This document shows, in pieces, positions 51,301 to 61,283 of a stretch of 64,000 bases of DNA. A program made the translations under genes and the position numbers. Location: positions 832,001 to 896,000 of the forward strand of contig CBDANF010000002.1 of the NCBI GenBank assembly GCA_965197475.1, read 5' to 3'. The notes beneath the pieces are model-generated. The model did no database searches and was not told the origin of the DNA. It saw only the letters and a program-made list of their open reading frames with translations. The stretch's first letter is position 1; each line of letters starts with the position of its first letter. The DNA is from Candidatus Poribacteria bacterium. Lineage in GTDB: Bacteria > Poribacteria > WGA-4E > WGA-3G.

Positions 51301-52398
51301 ATGACTGAAAATCAAGTTAAAACATCGGTGATTGACTACTACAAAAAGGGTAGGGAAAAGTTTGATTTTGGCCAATACGAAGCTGCTATTGTGGATTATA
51401 ATACCGCCATTCGGTTAAAACCTGGTGATGTACTTATTTACTATGATCGAGCGGAAGCAAAATATCATTTAGGTCAATATGAAGCTGCTATTGTGGACTA
51501 TGACACCTTCATTCGGCTAAAACCTGATGATACCCTTAACGCCCTCGCCTACTGGATGCGAGGGATAGCAAAGCATGGTTTAGGTCAATATGAAGCTGCT
51601 ATTGTGGACTATGACACCTTCATTCGGCTAAAACCTGATTACGCAAGTGAACCTGAATACGCGAGTGCTTATCGCTTGCGAGGATTGGCAAAACATGGTC
51701 TCGGTCAATACGAAGATGCTATCGCAGATTATGATAATGCTATACGGTTCAAACCTGATTTTGCTTCTGCCTACTATAATCGCGGATTGGCGAAGGCAAA
51801 ACTCAATCAATACGAAGCTGCTATTACTGACTATGATAACGCCATTCGGCTTGAACCTAACGATGCAGCTGCCTACTACGATAGAGGACTCGCAAAGGAG
51901 AAACTTGGTCAAACTTCGAAGGCGGAACAGGATTGGCGAACTGCATTAAAACTTGCAACGCAAGCAGGCAATGTAAAACTTAAAAACAAAATTGAAAGTG
52001 TCCTACTACAGTTTGAACCTCGAATTAAAGCATCTGAATCCCTCACAGAGAAAAAAGTCAAAGATATTGTTGCTCACTATTTTGAGTCACTTCGCATCTC
52101 TTCGCCAGGCTATAGTGTCAAGCGTGAGTATTTAATCCAAATGGGCAGCTCTCCACGCAGAGCGGACATCGTGTTTTTGAGAAACGGAAAACTTGTAGCA
52201 ATTACGGAATGTAAGAGAACAGGACGTATAGAGAGCGGTCATGAACAGTTAAAGGCTTATCTATGTGCGACTGATACTTTTTTGGGTATATTTGCTAATC
52301 ACAGCGATCCTAATAAGTGGACTTTTTGGGAGAATCATAGACACAACAATTTTGTAGAAATTGATCGCAAAACTTTTGAAAACTATGTTTATTTATAA
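51301..52398 (+). CDS. TPR protein with C-terminal HsdR_N-like PD-(D/E)XK nuclease domain
   Basis: About 6 TPRs, then 'REYLIQMGS..RRADIV...ITECKR...EQLKAYL'. Confidence 0.8.
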   Translation: MTENQVKTSVIDYYKKGREKFDFGQYEAAIVDYNTAIRLKPGDVLIYYDRAEAKYHLGQYEAAIVDYDTFIRLKPDDTLNALAYWMRGIAKHGLGQYEAAIVDYDTFIRLKPDYASEPEYASAYRLRGLAKHGLGQYEDAIADYDNAIRFKPDFASAYYNRGLAKAKLNQYEAAITDYDNAIRLEPNDAAAYYDRGLAKEKLGQTSKAEQDWRTALKLATQAGNVKLKNKIESVLLQFEPRIKASESLTEKKVKDIVAHYFESLRISSPGYSVKREYLIQMGSSPRRADIVFLRNGKLVAITECKRTGRIESGHEQLKAYLCATDTFLGIFANHSDPNKWTFWENHRHNNFVEIDRKTFENYVYL

Positions 52399-52738
52399 TC
52401 ACGATAAGACAATAAAGGATAGAGAAAACAAGATAAAAGAGGAAATCCAAAGAGAAATAGACGCTGAAATTAGAGAACGCGTGCGAAAAAACACTGATGT
52501 TGATGCAGTAAAACGAAACGAAACGGATCGCATAAAACGTGAGATAATAGAAGATATTGACAGAACGGCGGTAATAAATAGCGTGAGATCGCAGATAACA
52601 GAGCAAGCAAAAAGCGGGTTGTTAAACGAAAGGGATAAAGCAAATCGTAAACTTGGACGCGAGCAAGGTTTTCTGTTAACTATCTTTGGTATTATCGGAA
52701 TCGGAATTTTAATTGCACTGCTAATAACGTCAGGGTAA
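52361..52738 (+). CDS. coiled coil plus C-terminal TM segment, probably the frameshifted tail of the upstream gene
   Basis: Charged helix then 'GFLLTIFGIIGIGILIALLI'; joins the upstream frame if one TTAT of the tandem at 52389-52396 is removed. Confidence 0.6.
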   Translation: MIAKLLKTMFIYNHDKTIKDRENKIKEEIQREIDAEIRERVRKNTDVDAVKRNETDRIKREIIEDIDRTAVINSVRSQITEQAKSGLLNERDKANRKLGREQGFLLTIFGIIGIGILIALLITSG

Positions 52739-52795
52739 TTCGGTGCGTATTATTTCTCAGTTTCACAATTGCTGTCAAATCTGTATTAAAAAGGC

Positions 52796-53404
52796 TTACT
52801 GGATGGAGTTTTTTGCCGCTTTGAAAACAGAATCAATAGCACCAAAGAGAATAGGCAAATTATCCACGCTAAAACTCGTTCGATTTTGGGTGAAGGTTTC
52901 ACCGACAAGATGTCCAATTTGCCAGAGTGTTCCGTCGCTGACAATACCGTACACAGGATGTTCCGTATCCTCGTTGATCTTTTGCGCGGCGACTAACTCT
53001 GCTAAACATTGTCCCCAACCTATCTCAAAATCGTTCTTCTTCGCCTCAACTAACATTATCAACGGCGTGCCGACAACGAGTTTACCCAACTCAGATCGTG
53101 TTGAAATAAAATAATCTGGGGTCCCGCTCAGAACATCATCGTAAGCGATTGGCTTTTTTATCCAGAGCGCGTAGTCCTCAGCGTACCCTTTGTAGACTTC
53201 ACGCAAAACAGGAAAGATAATGGCTTCGCACCGCGCACCCTCAGAGGTGAGAATATCAATATATTCGCGGTTAAATTCAAATTCTTGTAGAAATTGTTCC
53301 GAAGGACCCGTACTGTTTTCAGTTTCTATAAAGTCATTTTCCACATGTCGTATCCTAAATCTCTCCTGAACTTCAGGGATTGCTTTGAAATCACTAAATG
53401 CCAT
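52796..53404 (-). CDS. PD-(D/E)XK / HsdR_N-like hypothetical protein
   Basis: 'SEGARCEAII.P', 'GTPDYFI...VEAKKNDF..GWGQCLAEL', 'YGIVSDG..W'; RBS GAGG before MAFSDFK. Confidence 0.7.
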   Translation of the reverse strand: MAFSDFKAIPEVQERFRIRHVENDFIETENSTGPSEQFLQEFEFNREYIDILTSEGARCEAIIFPVLREVYKGYAEDYALWIKKPIAYDDVLSGTPDYFISTRSELGKLVVGTPLIMLVEAKKNDFEIGWGQCLAELVAAQKINEDTEHPVYGIVSDGTLWQIGHLVGETFTQNRTSFSVDNLPILFGAIDSVFKAAKNSIQ

Positions 53405-53409
53405 TCTGA

Positions 53410-53441
53410 TGGACCTCAATAAAATTGGACCTCAATAAAAT
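53410..53441. repeat. 16-bp tandem duplication covering the RBS/stop junction
   Basis: TGGACCTCAATAAAAT twice in tandem. Confidence 0.8.
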
Positions 53442-53652
53442 TTCCTGCTTGCCATTCGGAACGTTCAGTCTCTGTTTGTTCGTAATGGTCTTTCATCTGT
53501 TCAGCCTGTTGTGATAGAAACTGACGGCGTTCATCGGCAGAAAGACGCAGGAATTTCACTTGAGGTGATTCGCCTTCCGCTAACTTCTGCGCTTTGATAT
53601 GTGTGATTGCCCGCATTCTTCTCTCCTGATACAATAATTTTAGAAAAACCAC
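53416..53652 (-). CDS. small hypothetical protein
   Basis: 'FLRLSADERRQFLSQQAEQMKDHY...EWQAG'; start may be the ATG at 53616. Confidence 0.5.
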   Translation of the reverse strand: MVFLKLLYQERRMRAITHIKAQKLAEGESPQVKFLRLSADERRQFLSQQAEQMKDHYEQTETERSEWQAGNFIEVQFY

Positions 53653-53728
53653 AACAAATTGCTATTAAAGATTATACTACCTTTTTACTACATCTTCAAC
53701 AAAATTACATATCCAAATCAAAAAAGTA

Positions 53729-53758
53729 TTGACAATAAAACCTTCTACACCTTAAAAT
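53729..53758 (+). promoter_or_regulatory. putative sigma70 promoter of the PSD1-LRR-DUF1501 operon
   Basis: TTGACA, 18-bp spacer, TAAAAT; palindrome CGTAACGTTACG at 53788-53799 downstream. Confidence 0.55.
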
Positions 53759-53864
53759 GACATAATCATTTTAAACTTTTTGATTGCCGTAACGTTACGT
53801 AACATAATATTTGTTATGACAAACTTCAGTTTGCAAGCCATATTGATAAAGGGAGTGAATTCCA

Positions 53865-56800
53865 GTGAAAAGTGCTAAAAGTACAGTCCCACTAACTGTT
53901 GTGTTGGCATGTTTGTGTATCGCAGTGTTAGGGCTGTCCCTCACATCTGCAGAGCATCATGAAACCACACAAGCAACCGTTAATTATAACCAAGACATCC
54001 GCCCTATTTTAGCGGATAACTGTTACGCCTGCCACGGACCAGATGAAAAGAGTCGACAGGCAGACCTACGACTTGACACAAAAGCTGGTGCCTTTTCTGA
54101 TCCGAGTGGGTATCCAATTATTGCCCCTAAAGATCCAAAAGAGAGTGAACTTTACCTCCGCATCACCTCTAAGGACGACAGTTATCGGATGCCACCAGCA
54201 GATTTTAATAAGACGTTAACACCGGAGCAAATTAAAGCCATTGAGCAATGGATTAACGAAGGTGCGAAATGGGAAGAACATTGGGCATTCACGATACCTA
54301 TTCGCCCAACGCTACCCACTGTCAAAAACAAAGATTGGGCGCGGAATCCGATTGATGCGTTTATCTTGGCACGTCTTGAAAAAGAAGGACTGCAACCCGC
54401 CAAAACAGCGGATAAACGCACCCTCATCCGACGCTTAAGTTTCGACCTCACCGGTTTACCACCGACGCTTGAAGAGATACATAACTTCCTTAATGATGAC
54501 TCACCCGATGCTTACGAGAAACTCATTAATTCCTTCATGGCAAAGCCCGAATACGGTGAACACATGGGTCGCTTCTGGTTAGACGTTGCCCGTTATGGCG
54601 ATACTCACGGACTGCATTTAGATAACTACCGTGAAATGTGGCCCTACAGAGATTGGGTTATCAACGCATTCAACAAAAATATGCCTTTCGATAAGTTCAC
54701 GATTGAGCAGTTGGCAGGGGATCTCTTGCCGGAACCGACTCTTGATCAACGTGTTGCCACTGGTTTCAACCGTTGCCACGTTACAACAAGCGAAGGCGGT
54801 TCAATTGCCGACGAATACTACGTCCGATATGCCGTTGATAGAGCCAATACCACTGCCACCGTTTGGATGGGCTTAACCGCCGGTTGTGCGCAGTGCCACG
54901 ACCACAAATACGACCCGATTTCACAGAAAGAATATTATCAACTTTACGCCTATTTCAACAATATCACTGAAAATGCAATGGATGGCAACCGCAAGGATTC
55001 TCCGCCAGTTGTGAAGTTGCCGACACCTGAGCAGGAGGAACAACTCGCAAAATATGATGATCAGATTAAGGAATTAGATGCACAGAGCAAAGGATCACTG
55101 CCGCATATTGATGCTTCGCAAACGGCTTGGGAAAACAGAATGCCGCGGTGGACATCCATCAAGCCAGATGTTGTCCTTTCACAAGGTGGCGCAACGGTTG
55201 AAATTCGTGATGATAATTCTGTTTTGGCAAGTGGCATAAATCCTGATAAAGAGGTCTATGAGGTTATTGCAAAACTACCTCCCGGTAAATGGAGTGCTTT
55301 GCGATTAGAAGGTATTCCAGACAAATCCTTACCGGGAAGTGGTATCGGACGCAGCGACAACAGCAATGTGGTTTTGACAGGAATTTCTGTTGACATTGTC
55401 CCTGCCGCTATGGCAGAACAAATGCTTACTGATGCTCAGGAAGCAGCACAAAAGGCAGTTGAAGTAGCTAACGCTGCCGCAGAGGCAAAAGCGGTAGCAG
55501 AAGCGAAGGCGGCTGAGGAGGCAAAGGCTGCTGAAGAAGAAAAGGCTGCTGAAGAGAAAACTGAAAATGCAGAAGCAACCGATGAAGAGAAAACTGCTGA
55601 TAAACCGGTTGAAGAAGCACCACCTGAAAATACTGATAAACCAGCTGAGGAAGCGGCACCAGAAACTGATGAAGCACCAGAAAATGCGGATAAACCGGCT
55701 GAAGATGCTGTACCAGAAACTGATGAAGCGAAAGCTGCTGAGGAAACGACTGAAGATGCATCAGAACCCGCCGAAGCGAACGACCCGTGGACACCTATTT
55801 CAGTTGTGAAAGCCTGGGCGGACAAGGAGCAGGCAAACGGTGATTTTGCCATTGCTAATGCAATTGACGATAAGCCTGAAACAGGTTGGGGGTTGGAAAG
55901 TAACGATAATCGTGGGAACAGTCGGCAAGCGATCTTTCTTGTCGCGAACCCATTCGGCACGGAAGGTGGTCTGGTAAGGATTCGCGTTAAGCATGAATCT
56001 AAGCATTTCAGGCATCACCTCGGTCAGTTCAGACTTGCTGTTACAGATGCCCCAACGATCTATCCGATCGGTTCAAAAGTATCGCTTGGAAACTGGCATT
56101 CTGCCGGTCCGTTTACCGCAGAACACGGTAACATCGCCTTCTATAATGTTTATGAACCGGAAACCAAACCTTTTAATACGAAGGATAAATTTACTGTTGG
56201 TTCGCAAGAGTTGACGTGGCAACAGCAAACCCACTGGAAAGATGGCGAGGCACATAACGACATCGTCGGTGAAAATAGTGCCACATACCTATATCGGAAC
56301 ATCGCTTCCGAAACCAAGCAGAAAGCAACGCTTTACCTCAGCAGCAATGATGCCTTGAAGGTTTGGGTAAACCAAACGGAAGTGCTTGCCAGCAATATCC
56401 AGCGAGATGTCGCACCTGATACAGACAGACTCCAGATACAACTTAACCCCGGCAACAACGCGCTGCTGCTAAAGGTTGTGAATTATTCCGGTCCATCTGG
56501 CTTCTTCTTCCGCATGGAATCTGAGGCACCGATGGCAACAGCAAACATCGTTGACACTATAGCAGTTGAAAGAGGGAAGCGCAGCGGAGATCAACAGACG
56601 CAAATTCGTGAATACTACCGTCGCAATGTTTCAACGGATGAGGGGTTGAAAAAACTCTACGCGGACATCTCAAATACGCAAAACAAGAGGAATTCCCTGA
56701 ACAATTCGCTTACCACTACGTTGGTGATGCAGGAACGATCTGAACCGCGGGGTGCGTATATTCTGGAACGCGGCGCGTACGAGCACCGAGGTGAACAGGT

Positions 56801-57806
56801 TTATCCACAGACTCCCGCAATATTCCCGTCGATGGTAAAAGGTTCACCGCCAAATCGACTTTCACTGGCAAAATGGTTGGTTTCCGCAAAACATCCACTT
56901 ACCGCCCGCGTCGCGATTAACCGTTTATGGCAAAGTACCTTCGGAACTGGTATCGTGAGAACGTCAGAGGACTTCGGCACACAAGGCACACCGCCTGTGC
57001 ATCCGGAACTTCTCGATTGGCTCGCAACCGAATTTATAGCCTCTGGATGGGATGTGCAAACCATGCTTAAACTGATGCTCACCTCGGCGACATATCAACA
57101 GAGTGCACAGGTTACGCCCGAAAAATTGGAACGTGATGCCGATAATGTGTTGCTCTCCCGCGCACCAAGGTATCGGTTTGATGCTGAAACCGTGCGCGAT
57201 AACGCGCTTGCACTCAGTGGCTTGTTATATAAACGTATCGGCGGACCGAGTGTTAAACCGCCGCAACCGGGTGGACTCTGGAAAGCCGTCGGGTTTACTG
57301 GATCTAATACTGACACCTTTAGGAAAGATTCCGGTGCTGATAAGGTGTATCGTCGGAGTCTTTATACGTTCTGGAAGCGAACCGCACCGCCACCGCAGAT
57401 GAACATCTTGGATGCACCGTCACGTGAGGCTTGCACAATTCGTCGTGAACGCACCAACACGCCCATGCAGGCGTTAATGTTGATGAATGATCCACAGTTC
57501 GTTGAAGCAGCACGTTCTTTGGCAGAACGCACAATTAGAGAAGGTGGCAAAACACCTGAAGAACGGATTGCTTTCATCTTTGAGGTGGCAACCGCCCGCG
57601 AACCGAAACCGAAGGAAGCTTCACTGCTACTCGAAACGTTGCAAGCGCACTCAGAAGAATTGAAAGCTGATCCCGAAGCAGCCAAAGAGTTAATCGCTGT
57701 CGGTGAATCGAAACCTGATGAAAAGTTAGATGCCGTTGAAGTCGCTACATGGACGATGATTGGAAACCTAATCCTCAATCTGGACGAAGTCCTGAATAAG
57801 GGATGA
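53865..57806 (+). CDS. PSD1/planctomycete cytochrome c protein (PSCyt1, DUF1549, DUF1553)
   Basis: Signal peptide; heme motifs CYACH and CAQCHDHKYDP; 'HWAF', 'NPIDAFI', 'LIRRLSFDLTGLPPT', 'HPELLDWLA', 'RRSLY', 'TPMQAL'. Confidence 0.92.
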   Translation: MKSAKSTVPLTVVLACLCIAVLGLSLTSAEHHETTQATVNYNQDIRPILADNCYACHGPDEKSRQADLRLDTKAGAFSDPSGYPIIAPKDPKESELYLRITSKDDSYRMPPADFNKTLTPEQIKAIEQWINEGAKWEEHWAFTIPIRPTLPTVKNKDWARNPIDAFILARLEKEGLQPAKTADKRTLIRRLSFDLTGLPPTLEEIHNFLNDDSPDAYEKLINSFMAKPEYGEHMGRFWLDVARYGDTHGLHLDNYREMWPYRDWVINAFNKNMPFDKFTIEQLAGDLLPEPTLDQRVATGFNRCHVTTSEGGSIADEYYVRYAVDRANTTATVWMGLTAGCAQCHDHKYDPISQKEYYQLYAYFNNITENAMDGNRKDSPPVVKLPTPEQEEQLAKYDDQIKELDAQSKGSLPHIDASQTAWENRMPRWTSIKPDVVLSQGGATVEIRDDNSVLASGINPDKEVYEVIAKLPPGKWSALRLEGIPDKSLPGSGIGRSDNSNVVLTGISVDIVPAAMAEQMLTDAQEAAQKAVEVANAAAEAKAVAEAKAAEEAKAAEEEKAAEEKTENAEATDEEKTADKPVEEAPPENTDKPAEEAAPETDEAPENADKPAEDAVPETDEAKAAEETTEDASEPAEANDPWTPISVVKAWADKEQANGDFAIANAIDDKPETGWGLESNDNRGNSRQAIFLVANPFGTEGGLVRIRVKHESKHFRHHLGQFRLAVTDAPTIYPIGSKVSLGNWHSAGPFTAEHGNIAFYNVYEPETKPFNTKDKFTVGSQELTWQQQTHWKDGEAHNDIVGENSATYLYRNIASETKQKATLYLSSNDALKVWVNQTEVLASNIQRDVAPDTDRLQIQLNPGNNALLLKVVNYSGPSGFFFRMESEAPMATANIVDTIAVERGKRSGDQQTQIREYYRRNVSTDEGLKKLYADISNTQNKRNSLNNSLTTTLVMQERSEPRGAYILERGAYEHRGEQVYPQTPAIFPSMVKGSPPNRLSLAKWLVSAKHPLTARVAINRLWQSTFGTGIVRTSEDFGTQGTPPVHPELLDWLATEFIASGWDVQTMLKLMLTSATYQQSAQVTPEKLERDADNVLLSRAPRYRFDAETVRDNALALSGLLYKRIGGPSVKPPQPGGLWKAVGFTGSNTDTFRKDSGADKVYRRSLYTFWKRTAPPPQMNILDAPSREACTIRRERTNTPMQALMLMNDPQFVEAARSLAERTIREGGKTPEERIAFIFEVATAREPKPKEASLLLETLQAHSEELKADPEAAKELIAVGESKPDEKLDAVEVATWTMIGNLILNLDEVLNKG

Positions 57807-57855
57807 TAAAAGGGATGGGCGCAGACCTTCCGTTCGCGCCCATTTGATAAAGATT

Positions 57856-58791
57856 ATGAAATATTTTTACATGCTGTTTGCAATACTGATAGTTTTCCTC
57901 AGTTGCTCGGTTGGACCAGAAGTGGCGATACCAGATGCAAACTTAGCCGCTGCTGTGCGCGAAGCACTCGGTTTAGGTCCAACCGATCCTATATCACAAA
58001 AGAAATTTGAAGTATTAGAGAGTCTTAATGCTGACAACAGAGATGTAAAAGACTTAACAGGCCTGGAAAAGGCAATAGGATTAATGACTTTAGAACTTCG
58101 CAAGAATCAAATTGAGGACATGACACCTCTCACGGAACTAACCCAATTGACGCACTTATACCTTGGTGATAATCAGATTAGCGACATAACACCTCTGACT
58201 AGCTTGAAGCAGTTAACATGGTTAGACATCGTGGAGAATCAAATCAGTGACATAAAACCACTCGCTAACTTGACACAGTTGGAAGTGTTATGGCTGGATA
58301 AAAATCAAGTCAGCGACATAAAACCACTCACTAATTTGACACAGTTGACAACGTTATACCTTTCTAATAATCAAGTCAGCGACATAAAACCACTCGCTAA
58401 CTTGACACAGTTGGAAGTGTTATGGCTGGACAAAAATCAAATCAGCGACATAAAACTACTTACTAATTTGACACAGTTGACAAAATTAGGAATTGAGTGG
58501 AATCAAGTCAGCGACATAAAACCACTCGCTAACTTGACACAGTTGACAACGTTATACCTTTCTAATAATCAAGCCAGCGACATAAAACCACTCACTAACT
58601 TGACGCAATTGGAAGTGTTGTCGCTAAACCAGAATCAAATCAGCGACATAAAACCACTCACTAATTTGACACAGTTGAAAGAATTATACCTTGCGGACAA
58701 TCCAATTCAGGATATGGAACCACTCAGCAAACTCATAAAACAACTTCCAGATTTGGAGATGAATATTGAAGTTACACACGTAAATAAGTAA
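57856..58791 (+). CDS. internalin-like LRR lipoprotein
   Basis: Lipobox FLSC, cap 'IPDANLAAAVREAL', about 11 22-aa repeats 'NQISDIKPLxNLTQLxxLxL'. Confidence 0.92.
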   Translation: MKYFYMLFAILIVFLSCSVGPEVAIPDANLAAAVREALGLGPTDPISQKKFEVLESLNADNRDVKDLTGLEKAIGLMTLELRKNQIEDMTPLTELTQLTHLYLGDNQISDITPLTSLKQLTWLDIVENQISDIKPLANLTQLEVLWLDKNQVSDIKPLTNLTQLTTLYLSNNQVSDIKPLANLTQLEVLWLDKNQISDIKLLTNLTQLTKLGIEWNQVSDIKPLANLTQLTTLYLSNNQASDIKPLTNLTQLEVLSLNQNQISDIKPLTNLTQLKELYLADNPIQDMEPLSKLIKQLPDLEMNIEVTHVNK

Positions 58792-58879
58792 ATTGCTTCT
58801 GCGGGTGTGTGACAAAAGCAAGGAAGTATCCCAAAAACGAGATAGCACTTGTTCTTTCATTTTGAAGGAATATCACTTT

Positions 58880-59656
58880 ATGGAGAATTCGACTGTAACA
58901 ATACCAGATTCTAACTTAGCTGCCGCTGTGCAAGAAACACTCGATTTAGGTTCAAGCGATCCTATCCCACAAAAGAAACTGGAAGAATTAGAGAAACTAC
59001 ATGCTGAAGAAAAAGGTATAAAAGACTTAACAGGATTGGAGAAGGCAACAGGTTTAAAAGTTTTAGAACTTCAAAAGAATCAAATCAGTGACATCACACC
59101 TATTAGTGGATTGACACAACTGACTTATGTGGAGTTCTGGGACAATCAAATCAGTGATATTACGCCCCTCACCGGATTAACACAAATAACGAAATTAGGA
59201 CTCGGCAAAAATCAAATTACCAACATAAAACCTCTGGCAGAGTTAACACAACTCACAGAATTAGGGCTTTGGGACAATCAAATTACCAACATTAAACCAC
59301 TTGTTAACTTAAAACAGATGCAGTTTTTAAACATGCGGCGAAACCAACTTAGCGACATCAGACCGCTTGCTGACTTGAAACAGATAACACATTTATGGCT
59401 TAGCGGAAATCGAATTGACAACATAACGTCCCTTGATGGATTGGCACAATTGACACATTTATCGTTGGATAAAAATCAAATCAGCGACGTCTGTCCTATA
59501 GAGAACTTTACGAGTCTAACACGTTTACATATCAAAGATAATCCAATTCAGAACATGGAACCACTCCGAAAATTACTTGAAAAACTGCCGGATTTAGAAC
59601 TGGATATCCCAGCACCAGTGGAACTGAAAATTCAACAACCACCTGCAAATAGGTAA
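58880..59656 (+). CDS. internalin-like LRR protein without signal peptide
   Basis: RBS GAAGGA, cap 'IPDSNLAAAV', 22-aa LRRs. Confidence 0.9.
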   Translation: MENSTVTIPDSNLAAAVQETLDLGSSDPIPQKKLEELEKLHAEEKGIKDLTGLEKATGLKVLELQKNQISDITPISGLTQLTYVEFWDNQISDITPLTGLTQITKLGLGKNQITNIKPLAELTQLTELGLWDNQITNIKPLVNLKQMQFLNMRRNQLSDIRPLADLKQITHLWLSGNRIDNITSLDGLAQLTHLSLDKNQISDVCPIENFTSLTRLHIKDNPIQNMEPLRKLLEKLPDLELDIPAPVELKIQQPPANR

Positions 59657-59707
59657 AGCATCGCGACACCTCAACCACAGAATAGGTATCGCGAAAGGAG
59701 TTAAATA

Positions 59708-61186
59708 ATGGACCCGATTAAAGAATATCTGAAACTTGAAACACGCCGCCAATTCTTCGGCAAATGTGCCACAGGACTCGGCGGTGCAGCCCTCGCCTCA
59801 TTGCTACCGAGCAGTATTGTCCACGCTCTTGAACAGCAAGCAGGAACGCGGGTTGGCGGATTGCCAGAACTACCGCACTTTGCACCGAAGGCGAAACGAG
59901 CAATCTATCTATTTATGTCTGGCGCACCCTCACAAATGGACCTGTTTGACTATAAACCGAAGATGGGCGAATGGTTTGATAAAGAACTACCGGAGACCGT
60001 CCGCATGGGGCAACGTCTCACCACAATGACTTCAGGACAATCTCGTTTTCCCATTGCGCCTTCTATCTTTGAGTTTAAGAAGCATGACAACGGCAGCGAT
60101 GGCGCGTGGCTTAGCGAATTGTTACCCCATACTGCCACAATGGTCCAAGATATTGCGATTATCAAATCGGTACATACCGATGCGATCAACCACGATCCAG
60201 CTATTACCTTTGTCTGCACCGGTGATGAAACACCCGGCAAACCGTGCCTCGGTGCGTGGCTCAGCTATGGACTCGGTAGTGAAAACCAAAATCTTCCTTC
60301 TTTCATTGTGATGAATGCTACTTGGAGCGGTCCAAAGGGTGCACAAGCACTCTACAACCGCCTCTGGGGTTCTGGTTTCCTTCCATCTGAGCACCAAGGC
60401 GTGCTACTTCGCAGTCAAGGCGATCCAGTCTTATTCCTCTCAAACCCGAAAGGCATGAGTGAAAAAGCACGGAAACGGATGCTTGATTCGCTGGTCAAAC
60501 TCAACGAAGAACTCTATGAGGAGGTCGGAGATCCAGAAACGCATGCCCGTATCTCTCAATATGAGATGGCGTACCGGATGCAGTCCTCTGTTCCCGAACT
60601 CACGGACCTGAAGCAGGAGTCTGACAAAGTTTTGGAAATGTATGGTCCTGAGGTAAACACTCCCGGCACATTTTCCAACTGCTGTATCCTTGCACGTCGG
60701 ATGATGGAGCGAGATGTTCGCCTCGTTCAAATCTTCCATCGCGGTTGGGACCAGCACGGTGACTTACCCAAGAACATCCGGAATCAAGCTCGCGATATTG
60801 ACCAACCCGCAACCGCGCTCGTTCAAGACCTGAAACAACGTGGTATGCTTGATGAGACCCTCGTTGTTTGGGGTGGTGAATTCGGACGCACTGTTTACTG
60901 CCAAGGCGCGCTTAAGAAGGATAACTACGGACGAGACCATCATCCGAAGTGTTTCACGCTCTGGATGGCTGGCGGTGGCATAAAAGGTGGGATCGTCCAC
61001 GGCGAAACCGATGATTTCAGTTACAACGTCGTCAAAGACCCCGTTTCTGTTCGAGACTTAAACGCTACTATTCTCAACCAACTCGGTATTGATCATGAAA
61101 GGTTAACCTTTAAGTTCCAAGGACTTGATCACAGGTTAACTGGTGTTGAAGAAAAAGCGCGTGTCGTCAATGAGATATTGGCATAA
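59708..61186 (+). CDS. DUF1501 family protein with Tat signal
   Basis: 'TRRQFF', '[29 protein letters not shown]', 'WDQH', 'GEFGRT', 'GRDHHP'. Confidence 0.92.
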   Translation: MDPIKEYLKLETRRQFFGKCATGLGGAALASLLPSSIVHALEQQAGTRVGGLPELPHFAPKAKRAIYLFMSGAPSQMDLFDYKPKMGEWFDKELPETVRMGQRLTTMTSGQSRFPIAPSIFEFKKHDNGSDGAWLSELLPHTATMVQDIAIIKSVHTDAINHDPAITFVCTGDETPGKPCLGAWLSYGLGSENQNLPSFIVMNATWSGPKGAQALYNRLWGSGFLPSEHQGVLLRSQGDPVLFLSNPKGMSEKARKRMLDSLVKLNEELYEEVGDPETHARISQYEMAYRMQSSVPELTDLKQESDKVLEMYGPEVNTPGTFSNCCILARRMMERDVRLVQIFHRGWDQHGDLPKNIRNQARDIDQPATALVQDLKQRGMLDETLVVWGGEFGRTVYCQGALKKDNYGRDHHPKCFTLWMAGGGIKGGIVHGETDDFSYNVVKDPVSVRDLNATILNQLGIDHERLTFKFQGLDHRLTGVEEKARVVNEILA

Positions 61187-61283
61187 CCGTAAATATTTAT
61201 CTATAGACGCGTTTTGTAAGCGCGCCTATAGGCAATATCAATAATGGGCTTTACTATAAATTTGTCCACAGAGACATAACTTG

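Noticed and set aside
51301-53404. Type I restriction-modification locus
   Set aside because: Only isolated HsdR_N-like domains; no helicase motor, methyltransferase or specificity subunit.
55436-55960. 174-aa Ser/Ala-rich antisense ORF
   Set aside because: Antisense shadow of the low-complexity insert; the antisense ORFs over the WD40 and DUF1501 genes are rejected for the same reason.
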